A stretch of 64,000 nt of DNA, taken from IMG/VR virus record IMGVR_UViG_3300030376_001752, positions 4,118-68,117 of that record; one strand, written 5' to 3'. Source of the stretch: a virus (lineage: Duplodnaviria > Caudoviricetes). The notes under the pieces are model-generated. The model worked only from the letters and a program-made list of their open reading frames with translations, was not told the origin of the DNA and did no database searches. Position numbers and translations under genes: made by a program. Of the stretch, positions 20,501 to 26,715 are shown one piece after another. Each line of letters starts with the position of its first letter. Within the stretch, counting starts at the first letter, position 1.

Positions 20501-22961
20501 AAAGCAAGGTGCTCAATTTGATTTCAGCGAATTTAATGATGTTATAGATGGTAAACCTGGACCGTTAATACCTAGGTTAAGAAAAGCAATTGATAAGTTT
20601 GGTAATAAAAACATATATGTATTAACAGCTAGACCACAAGCGTCTGCACTAGCTATATATAAATTCTTAAAAGGCTTAGGTGTAGAAATACCTTTAGAAA
20701 ACATTACAGGTTTAGAAAACGGTAAGCCTAGCGCTAAAGCTAATTGGATGATTGGTAAGATAGCTAAAGGTTATAATGACTTCTACTTTGTTGATGATGC
20801 TATGAAAAACGTGTCAGCAGTTAAACAAGTTTTAGAAAACTATGATGTAAAAGGTAAAGTTCAACAAGCTGTTATAAAAAGAAAAAGAAGTCTTAACATC
20901 GACATCAACCAGATGATTGAAAGAAACACTGGTGTTGGTGCAGAGAAAACATACTCTAAGGTTGTAGCTAGAAAGAAAGGTGCTGGTAAATTCCAAAACC
21001 CATTTGTTCCTTACAGTGCTGAAGATTTTAGAGGTTTAACATCTTACACTTTATCTGGTAAAGGTAAACAAGGTGAGCAAGATCAACAGTTCTTTGAAGA
21101 CAATTTAATAAATCCTTACATAAGAGGAGTTGCTGCCATGGAAACGATTAGGCAAGCAATGAAAAACGAATATGATAGATTGTTAAAAGCAAACCCAGAG
21201 CTTAGAAAGAAAATAAACAAAGAGGTTCCTGAATTAGGATTTACACATGACCAGGTTATAAGGATATACTTATACAACAAAGCTGGATATGAAGTTCCTG
21301 GTATATCTAAAAGAGATTTAAAAGCTGCGGTTGATTTTGTTACTAAAAACGAAGACATAGAATTATTTGCTAATGAACTACTTTTATTAACAAAAGGTAA
21401 TCAATGGGTAAAACCTGATGAATTTTGGGATGTTGGTAGTTTATTAAAAGATCTTAACACGTTTAATGATGATGTAAATAGAAAAGAATATCTAGCTGAG
21501 TTTATAGAAAACGTTGACATTATGTTTGACGAAGCAACCTTAAATAAACTTGAAGCTATATATGGAACAAAATATAGAAAAGCTTTAGAGAATATAATAG
21601 CTAGAATGAAGTCTGGTAGTAATAGACCAAGTAAAATGGGTACTACAGAAACAAAATGGATGAATTGGTTAAATAATTCTGTTGGTTCTATAATGTTCTT
21701 TAACAGAAGATCTGCTTTGTTACAGATGTTATCATTTGCTAACTTTACAAACTGGTCTGATAATAATCCAATTGCGGCTGCTGCGGCTTTTGCTAACCAG
21801 CCTTTATATTGGAAAACATGGGTAAGAATATTTAACTCTGATAAATTAAAACAAAGACGTGGTGGTTTAAAATCAGATTTACAAGAACAAGAGATTGCTA
21901 ACGCTGCTAAAAACTCTAAAGGTAAACCTGAAGCTATTATAGCTTATTTATTGAAAATAGGTTTTACACCTACACAAATAGCAGATAGTATGGCTATTGC
22001 TACAGGTGGTGCTAGCTTTTTAATAAATAGAACTAAAACATATTTAAAACAAGGTTTATCACAAGAAGAAGCTGATGCTAAAGCTTTTGAAGATTTTAGT
22101 AAAATATCTGATGAGACTCAGCAGTCTGGTGATCCAATGCTTATATCATCTCAACAAGCTAGTCATTTAGGTAGGATAATACTAGCGTTCCAAAACACTC
22201 CTATGCAGTATACGAGATTAATAAAGAAAGCTGCACAAGATTTATACAATGGTAGAGGTGATGCTAAAACTAATATATCTAAAATATTATATTATGGATT
22301 TGTACAGAACTTAATATTTAACGGTTTACAACAAGCTTTATTCGCATTAACAGATCCGTTCTTTGATGATGATGAAGAAGAATATGAAAAAGAATTAGCA
22401 AAGAAAGAAGTAAAAATAATAAACGGTATGATTGATAGTATATTGAGAGGTACTGGTTTATACGGAGCTGTTGCTGTTGGTTTAAAAAATACATACAGAA
22501 CTTACATGAAGCAAGAGGAAAAAGGTTATAGAGCAGATCATGCTCACACTCTTATTGAGTTAGCCAACATTTCACCTCCTCTTGGATCTAAAATGAGAAA
22601 AGTTTACTCTTCAATTTTAGAATACAAATACAACAAAGCATTAATTAAAGAAAGAGGTTGGTCGTTAACGGCTGACGGTAGAGTAAACGTTGCTCCCAAC
22701 TATATGATACTAGCTAATCTTGTTTCTGCTGGATTTAACGTTCCTCTTGATAGAGCTATTATAGAGATTAACGGTATTTCAGAATCACTTGATAATAGAA
22801 ACAATGCAATGCAAAGAATAGCTTTACTACTAGGATTTAGAACTTGGGATGTAAATGTTAAAAATGAAGAAAATGATTTTATAGAAGCTTTCTATAAAGA
22901 ATTAAAAGAATTAGAAAAGAAGAAGAAAAAGAGGCACACACCACGTAAAAGAAAGAAATAA
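14553..22961 (+). CDS. Giant (2802 aa) ejection/polyvalent polyprotein: zincin peptidase, sigma-region-2-like domain, HAD phosphatase
   Basis: Gly-rich hydrophobic helices near both ends; HELLH (HExxH) at about 17214; sigma-like segment at about 17800-18170; HAD motifs DFDDT / LTAR / K / FVDD at 20370-20850; four KRS[L/I] motifs. Confidence 0.75.
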   Translation: MGYFNRKYYNTDNGIIDISELDENQQIKFFVNNPNAVEATELETREAGLTRPNSEIVSEENRLSKKMEQEQEEKFLYLKYGTPRQDDIEIKPRMYVGGKGDEVSREDFNSDTEWKAYQVWNGDLKREAVPLKTQVYQRVRTNDLDVGVQTSDYYYNRDKKTDFVDTHYDSKSLEEAGIDVANFQGYLESSGYRDEFDEYINDNSFDGNWISGQKELDIAKNRTLKGYLERYLQDENNRFTEKMFVDDYYHNQDKYKDYKDYFEAYEAFKTEQFGAKNGGGTVFDYEKLNAYSDVNYKNVKDRDALNRRNFIKHIDDVEQQGDVVGGGAGALEFFTSAIGGAWSGLDELSITLADWFWMDGVANRRRFIDQEQDLGDAESNAQYMLFRGKIGEIDGVQYGVGDDGSVYNITENRNVTNALTVNEIEEITQTAEKENWEDGYDWSARGSSNMSGHVIGNVIFQIFGTKGAGYLRNVASLKYLAAANGFKNVAQYEKYLRQIKLNPERLKQFGAANKGTFGKKLPFDPRIVDATTFQTFYGATTGYERTLNAAVNAGIPRDEAEKLARTASGQMALLYGVTGPINPRLGGMKWLDKQYSKIFGNAQLNNVIKAYKQGGLKGANDQIKKGIKSFIPNNPGQMHKAFWSEGAREVLQENIQQGGEFLLVNRSLNEAAGQEFLKQDYTLRDFIETSVLSLAAGGLVGGFSSASTSTINSKKAQLQDMWSLSNNMKQTKELLGGAVENDMLTQEEADDLYKSIQSIGKAKLPAWMINTPEEYIEAANVQNALEVLKRKSKKSGDESSNKDQIAALENNLKDIVKKAASAEINKEIDFVGKIVGKKNIKVFNTPEEIKKAGFSSEMFTDGWFESNGVIYINKEMAAANQAVSVASHELLHKILKAEFKGNPEIQKVVNEFKEILKEKGVWSAIERREALYKADGRADLDGVDADEYLTMFSDALAKNEIPFEALEEAQWKQIGRSIMTALKKKLPKALGGQTTEFATGRQVYDFILDYHKNIKKGRISNQAQRMLDMFEPDELQKDDKGNTINRKRSINIEKESNQEILNQLPNGFNEATGQQETEFIKSKQFQAAKALIDNGAFDRLIGAKLASGSNIFGRPREEVMEEIRAQLVRHLENFNPAKNKDLFAYLNSYIGRKVGTVTTRIKKRRVRTTPLTKDIKGETVETQIADMAPDPEQQMILAEEQAAALIKSTELKMGKKLDPDTVAKVKKLIVPIIRDMDVKLTADKSINAKNSPMIKYLKNALKNSLVYDAMIAELGKGEVTKQKILEFKQDVLKNATTTWLQGKTQKNGTVNGGIPQAIDKVIKLQDGSEVRVSYPDWVGEKIAIEKMGTDNAGRTAGHALVFRSEQEVSDEAYMSQFYKDGKLIRNRKESLAEEMAKEIGIEIILDELVNNPKGEIAQAFEQNQLAKGVMNAVQKIGEVFVQADRSGIKRSLSANKEVAIARFERLAILGYEGNFKSLAMEKEMLRGTPYEFVIKIYEENFALDAEALTGFIDPMKAYAETLPESDPTKKYIQEFLNMDKAQKIKAIASFSEELAKVIPPELFKLPNLGYDFLGVFDRVIKPNSPEGVKIKKAADSDVDGEVPAWMEDILPIFSTGGIVGSIVNKIQNKTFASKEEAQQEFDKLYAEKIEKANIANIKLFNYIVDAATKVVAKNPKLMPGYLALFQSNTGDIIKGMRAFGVLQDVEIHAEIQAPFISKDGTKGYKSIDATNRKAYDAGDIQINYNHPLFARVKKYVDDQIAELQEELANTTAPKKREKLLKRINKDRDELYRALLRPYTEHKNPASNKFGDIARDQMVILSKIIGKGLTDSQIDVAINAYQLHNGKLADIISDFTMTINTSVISKIQDDIHSKTSSLGDARVFAIENQYVQNLYPIKGQVPALKRADNVLKADVDQFVKIMELQNAINTSNSTKRSLSPRGISVYDFDDTLAFSKSQIIVTMPNGKVTRITPAKFATDATKLEKQGAQFDFSEFNDVIDGKPGPLIPRLRKAIDKFGNKNIYVLTARPQASALAIYKFLKGLGVEIPLENITGLENGKPSAKANWMIGKIAKGYNDFYFVDDAMKNVSAVKQVLENYDVKGKVQQAVIKRKRSLNIDINQMIERNTGVGAEKTYSKVVARKKGAGKFQNPFVPYSAEDFRGLTSYTLSGKGKQGEQDQQFFEDNLINPYIRGVAAMETIRQAMKNEYDRLLKANPELRKKINKEVPELGFTHDQVIRIYLYNKAGYEVPGISKRDLKAAVDFVTKNEDIELFANELLLLTKGNQWVKPDEFWDVGSLLKDLNTFNDDVNRKEYLAEFIENVDIMFDEATLNKLEAIYGTKYRKALENIIARMKSGSNRPSKMGTTETKWMNWLNNSVGSIMFFNRRSALLQMLSFANFTNWSDNNPIAAAAAFANQPLYWKTWVRIFNSDKLKQRRGGLKSDLQEQEIANAAKNSKGKPEAIIAYLLKIGFTPTQIADSMAIATGGASFLINRTKTYLKQGLSQEEADAKAFEDFSKISDETQQSGDPMLISSQQASHLGRIILAFQNTPMQYTRLIKKAAQDLYNGRGDAKTNISKILYYGFVQNLIFNGLQQALFALTDPFFDDDEEEYEKELAKKEVKIINGMIDSILRGTGLYGAVAVGLKNTYRTYMKQEEKGYRADHAHTLIELANISPPLGSKMRKVYSSILEYKYNKALIKERGWSLTADGRVNVAPNYMILANLVSAGFNVPLDRAIIEINGISESLDNRNNAMQRIALLLGFRTWDVNVKNEENDFIEAFYKELKELEKKKKKRHTPRKRKK

Positions 22962-22964
22962 CAA

Positions 22965-22975
22965 GTAACTATATA
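22965..22975 (+). promoter_or_regulatory. Candidate middle/late promoter motif GTAACTATATA
   Basis: Identical to the copy at 11965; 13 nt separate it from the ATG at 22989. Confidence 0.5.
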
Positions 22976-22988
22976 TAAAAACACAACT

Positions 22989-24182
22989 ATGAGACAATTG
23001 CTAATTATAGTATTATTACTATCAAGTATCACAGGCTTTTCACAAGAGAAGAAAAATTTATTTAAATCTATATACGAAGACTTTTTTAAGTACAGTACCT
23101 TTTATGTAGCTGGTGATATAGAAAATCCAAAAGAAGAAGTTAAAGATTACTTTGTAAGAACAAATCCAGACGGTGGTTTATATGACATACCTGTTGTAGT
23201 AGACGGGACAGACTATTATGACTTTGATTATAGATATGGTTTTGGTGTGCGTAAACTAGCAAGGTTTGATTACGAGTTTAAAGGTAAACATTATTATGAT
23301 GGTACTGAAAGTAGTGTAGGTTTATCAGCTACTAACTCGCCTGTAAAAGGATTTGAGTATTTGTTTCATTGGGAAAAAGAAAGAGAAAGAGACGAGGTAT
23401 TTAATAATCACAGGTACTTCTTAAAGCATAGTGGAGATTATCACGTTGTTAAAATAGAAAGTAGAGCACAAGGTAAGGTTGATTTTAATTATAAATCAGC
23501 TGAGATAAAAGCTAAACTACCTATTGGTAATAAATTTAGTTTATCTGCTGGCGCAATATATCGTACACATGAAAGACCTTATGGATATAATCCTATAGAA
23601 ATATGGTTAAACGAAACACAAGTTATAGATGGTCAGGAATACCCAGTTAACTACTGGTATGAATTAGGTTTCGAATATGGATATGACGATATATACTACA
23701 CTCAAACAGATCAGTTTGGTAATGAGACCAGCGATTGGTATTGGATAGATCCAGAAGGAAACATTGTTGCTGATAGCGATTTAGAGTTTCGTGATGGTGT
23801 ATTTGCAGATCTTATGAATCAATATAATAATGAAATATTTGAAGACATAGACGCTTTCGGTGTTGTTTCACCTGTGGTCGGTTTTGACTTTTATCATTAT
23901 AAAAATAATTTTTGGCTACATGCTTACGGTAATTATTTATTACCATACCACAAGTATGTTTCAGGTGACGAAGACTTTAGTTATTTAAATAGAAACAACT
24001 GGGGTAAAGGCGGACTGGTACAAGACTCAGAGCCAGAGCAATGGGAAGATTATCAAGCCGGTGTGGTGTTTGGTTGGAAGCTAAGCAAGTCAGTCGGTTT
24101 GTTTGTTGAAGGAGAATATACTAAATTCTGGGATAGTAAAATCTATAACAGTTCTGTTGGATTAAATATAACACTAAGATAA
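22989..24182 (+). CDS. Putative outer-membrane beta-barrel protein
   Basis: Signal peptide ending GFS|Q; Tyr/Phe/Gly-rich amphipathic strands; C-terminal strand YNSSVGLNITLR. Confidence 0.6.
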   Translation: MRQLLIIVLLLSSITGFSQEKKNLFKSIYEDFFKYSTFYVAGDIENPKEEVKDYFVRTNPDGGLYDIPVVVDGTDYYDFDYRYGFGVRKLARFDYEFKGKHYYDGTESSVGLSATNSPVKGFEYLFHWEKERERDEVFNNHRYFLKHSGDYHVVKIESRAQGKVDFNYKSAEIKAKLPIGNKFSLSAGAIYRTHERPYGYNPIEIWLNETQVIDGQEYPVNYWYELGFEYGYDDIYYTQTDQFGNETSDWYWIDPEGNIVADSDLEFRDGVFADLMNQYNNEIFEDIDAFGVVSPVVGFDFYHYKNNFWLHAYGNYLLPYHKYVSGDEDFSYLNRNNWGKGGLVQDSEPEQWEDYQAGVVFGWKLSKSVGLFVEGEYTKFWDSKIYNSSVGLNITLR

Positions 24183-24466
24183 TGGCAAAGCAAATAGGAG
24201 AAGAGACTAAGATAACACTAGATCTTAAAACAATAGGTATGATTGTAGGTTTTACAATTACTTTAGCAAGCATGTATTTTGTAATGCAGGCAGATATAGC
24301 TAGAGCTATGGAACTACCAGCGCCTGTAATTGATAGAGTTGAATATGATTTAAAAGACGAGTTAATACGTCAAACAATCATGGACACACAAGATGATGTA
24401 GAAGAAATAAAAGAAACTATTGATAAGATAGATCAAAGATTATACGAAATACAAAAAAATAGATAA
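24182..24466 (+). CDS. Single-TM protein with C-terminal coiled coil
   Basis: TM 'IGMIVGFTITLASMYFVM'; acidic coiled-coil tail (spanin-like topology, inference). Confidence 0.6.
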   Translation: MAKQIGEETKITLDLKTIGMIVGFTITLASMYFVMQADIARAMELPAPVIDRVEYDLKDELIRQTIMDTQDDVEEIKETIDKIDQRLYEIQKNR

Positions 24467-24876
24467 TGAAACAATTAATTTTACTTTTAATACCGTTTTT
24501 ATCATTTGCTCAGTCAGACGTGCCAGAAAAATATTGGATAGATGATACTAATTTTGAAGAAAAAATAAATATAAAAGAAGCTTTCGGAGATGACAACACT
24601 AAACCTGTTGTTGTAGAGTTTTGGGCAAAGTTTAACGAGAAAAACTGTTTTGCTCAATGGGAAGAATTAGAAGATGCTGTGTACTATAGAGTTGATATAG
24701 CTAACGCACCAGAAGCTAAAAAGAAATATAAAGTCCGCATGGCACCAACTTTAATTATTTTTAAAGATGGTTTTAAAGAAGAGGTTTTTAAAGCTGGTTT
24801 AGATCTAACACTGCCAGCTGATCTAACAGATGTCCAAGAAGCTATTAATGAAGTTAATAACGCTAGTAAGTTTTAG
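24466..24876 (+). CDS. Secreted thioredoxin-fold protein lacking CxxC
   Basis: Signal peptide SFA|Q; 'VVVEFWAKFNEKNC' replaces WCxxC; 'RVDI...KYKVRMAPTLIIFKDG' thioredoxin C-terminal pattern with the cis-Pro position retained. Confidence 0.7.
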   Translation: MKQLILLLIPFLSFAQSDVPEKYWIDDTNFEEKINIKEAFGDDNTKPVVVEFWAKFNEKNCFAQWEELEDAVYYRVDIANAPEAKKKYKVRMAPTLIIFKDGFKEEVFKAGLDLTLPADLTDVQEAINEVNNASKF

Positions 24877-25186
24877 TATTTTAATACTAACAAGCTGTGC
24901 TAGTAGTAATATAGGTAAGGACAAATATTATCATTTTGCAGCAGGTGGAACATCTAGTTATGTTGCTAGTGAGCTAGACATGCCAGAAGTTACTTCTGCT
25001 TTTGTAGCTGGTTTTACAAAAGAAACTTATGATTATATTCGTTATGGCTATTTTGATGTTAAAGATTTAGCTGCTACAACGTTAGGTGGAGTAGTTATAA
25101 AATATATAATTAAATTAATAAAGAATGAGAAAACTAATAAAAAAATTCCTGAAAGACGTTTGGAACTACCTTTGGTCGAAAACTAG
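24848..25186 (+). CDS. Lipoprotein, YfiM/DUF2279-like
   Basis: MKLITLVSFSILILTS|C lipobox; 'DKYYHFAAG...KETYD...DLAATTLGG' pattern. Start moved from the track's 24830 to 24848. Confidence 0.6.
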   Translation: MKLITLVSFSILILTSCASSNIGKDKYYHFAAGGTSSYVASELDMPEVTSAFVAGFTKETYDYIRYGYFDVKDLAATTLGGVVIKYIIKLIKNEKTNKKIPERRLELPLVEN

Positions 25187-25358
25187 TCTTGATGAAAAAG
25201 CTATTGAAACATTAACTGAGGTTAAAAAAAGATATAAACTAACCGCGCAAGAAATACAAGATATTGCTGCGGCTATGAAGGAGGTTGGTAATCAAATAGA
25301 TGATATACCAGCTGCATTAGCAGGTAAGAAAAGAAAAGGAAGAAAAACTAAAAAATAA
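25125..25358 (+). CDS. Hypothetical protein
   Basis: 77 aa, amphipathic N-terminus, basic tail. Confidence 0.6.
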   Translation: MRKLIKKFLKDVWNYLWSKTSLDEKAIETLTEVKKRYKLTAQEIQDIAAAMKEVGNQIDDIPAALAGKKRKGRKTKK

Positions 25359-25362
25359 TAAT

Positions 25363-25728
25363 ATGTTTAAAGATAAAGAACTAAGAGGATATATAGGTGC
25401 TGCAACAGTATTTTTACTAGTAATGGGGTTATTACTGTTTTTAGCATTTTTTGAAATACCAGATACTAACAACGATATATTTAAGGTAATCGTCGGTATG
25501 TTAGTTGGTTCGCTTTCTGTTGTTATCTATACTTTTATAGGTAAAAACCCAGAGGAAGTTGAAGCACTTAAAGCTAAAAACGAAGCTTTAGAAGATAAAG
25601 TGTCAGCTATGGTTATTGAAAAAGATAAGCTAGAGGCTTTATTAAGAGATCTTCAAAACGAAATTATAGAGAAATTATCTATAACTGGTGGTAAATTCGA
25701 ATTTAAAAGCAATGGCAAAAATAAGTAA
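25363..25728 (+). CDS. Two-TM membrane protein with coiled coil (holin/spanin candidate)
   Basis: Two hydrophobic helices then a coiled coil; overlaps the endolysin start. Confidence 0.6.
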   Translation: MFKDKELRGYIGAATVFLLVMGLLLFLAFFEIPDTNNDIFKVIVGMLVGSLSVVIYTFIGKNPEEVEALKAKNEALEDKVSAMVIEKDKLEALLRDLQNEIIEKLSITGGKFEFKSNGKNK

Positions 25729-26176
25729 ACACATTAGCCACAGGGAAGGTGTGTATAGCATAACAGCGCAGAGGTTAGGCTTAGATAATAAACCTAATGA
25801 TGAACAGCTAGAATGCATGGGAACTATTGCTAGTAAAGTTTTTGAGCCATTAAGAGAGTTTGTTGGTGGACCAATAAAGATTAATTCTTTTTTTAGATCG
25901 CCAGAGCTTAACAAAGCTATAGGTGGATCAACAAAGTCACAACATTGCAAAGGCCAAGCTATAGATATAGATGATACATATGGACATGCTAGTAACGCTG
26001 AGATGTTTAAATGGGTTAGAGAAAACCTAAACTACGATCAAATGATATGGGAGTTTGGAGACGACAATAACCCAGCTTGGGTACATATAAGTTACGTAAG
26101 CCCAGAAGATAACAGAAACAGATGTTTAAAAGCATATAAAGATAATACTAACAAAACTAAATACATGATAATATGA
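25712..26176 (+). CDS. Endolysin, peptidase M15 family
   Basis: 'INSFFRSPELNKAIGGSTKSQHCKGQAIDI' and 'WVHISY' Zn-peptidase motifs. Start moved to 25712. Confidence 0.9.
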   Translation: MAKISKHISHREGVYSITAQRLGLDNKPNDEQLECMGTIASKVFEPLREFVGGPIKINSFFRSPELNKAIGGSTKSQHCKGQAIDIDDTYGHASNAEMFKWVRENLNYDQMIWEFGDDNNPAWVHISYVSPEDNRNRCLKAYKDNTNKTKYMII

Positions 26177-26379
26177 AAGCAACTTGGATGTCAAACATAA
26201 TGAAAGGACAGAGAGTAGGGAGTACTCCAAGTCCTATAAAGAAAAGATACTGTAGCACAGCAAAATTTAAAGGAGCAAACTCATCTAACTCTAGTTGTTG
26301 GAAAGGTTGTAAAAAAGTAGGTGAGAAAGAATCGCCTAGTAGACCTGGTGTAATGGTTAATGATTGTGATTGCTCATGA
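26173..26379 (+). CDS. Small basic Cys-containing protein
   Basis: 68 aa; SPIK motif; 'SCWKGCKKVG'. Confidence 0.6.
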   Translation: MKATWMSNIMKGQRVGSTPSPIKKRYCSTAKFKGANSSNSSCWKGCKKVGEKESPSRPGVMVNDCDCS

Positions 26380-26654
26380 ACTGGTTAATAAGACAAAGGA
26401 GTACATACTCTACACCTACGAAACATTGTGGGTGTGGTATTAGTCCTATTAAGCGTGTAGCTACAAGCTGGACGCAAGCTGATAGAGATGAATATAACAG
26501 AAAAACAGGTAGTAATCTAAAACCACCTCAACCAGAAGGTGGATCACGTAGGGATAGCTATTGTGCTAGATCTGCTGGTATACCTAAATGTAAAAATCCA
26601 GATAAAAACGGTGATTGTCCAAATGACATAGCCAGAAGAAAATGGAATTGTTAG
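26370..26654 (+). CDS. Small basic Cys-containing protein
   Basis: 94 aa; SPIK motif; 'GGSRRDSYCARS...ARRKWNC'. Confidence 0.65.
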   Translation: MLMNWLIRQRSTYSTPTKHCGCGISPIKRVATSWTQADRDEYNRKTGSNLKPPQPEGGSRRDSYCARSAGIPKCKNPDKNGDCPNDIARRKWNC

Positions 26655-26656
26655 TA

Positions 26657-26692
26657 TAAAAAAAAGGGAGCAAACGCTCCCTTTCTTTATTT
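26657..26692. terminator. Bidirectional terminator between convergent operons
   Basis: AAAGGGAGC-AAAC-GCTCCCTTT flanked by an A-tract on the left and a T-tract on the right. Confidence 0.85.
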
Positions 26693-26696
26693 ACAC

Positions 26697-26715
26697 AACT
26701 AACTAACTAACTAAC
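26697..26715 (-). repeat. (TTAG)n repeat at the nrdA stop
   Basis: + strand aactaactaactaactaac; places TAG in all three minus-strand frames. Confidence 0.7.

Noticed and set aside
14553-22961. Giant protein as a virion RNA polymerase
   Set aside because: No DxDGD or DFDGD catalytic motif found; the DFDDT present fits HAD motif I with downstream HAD motifs.
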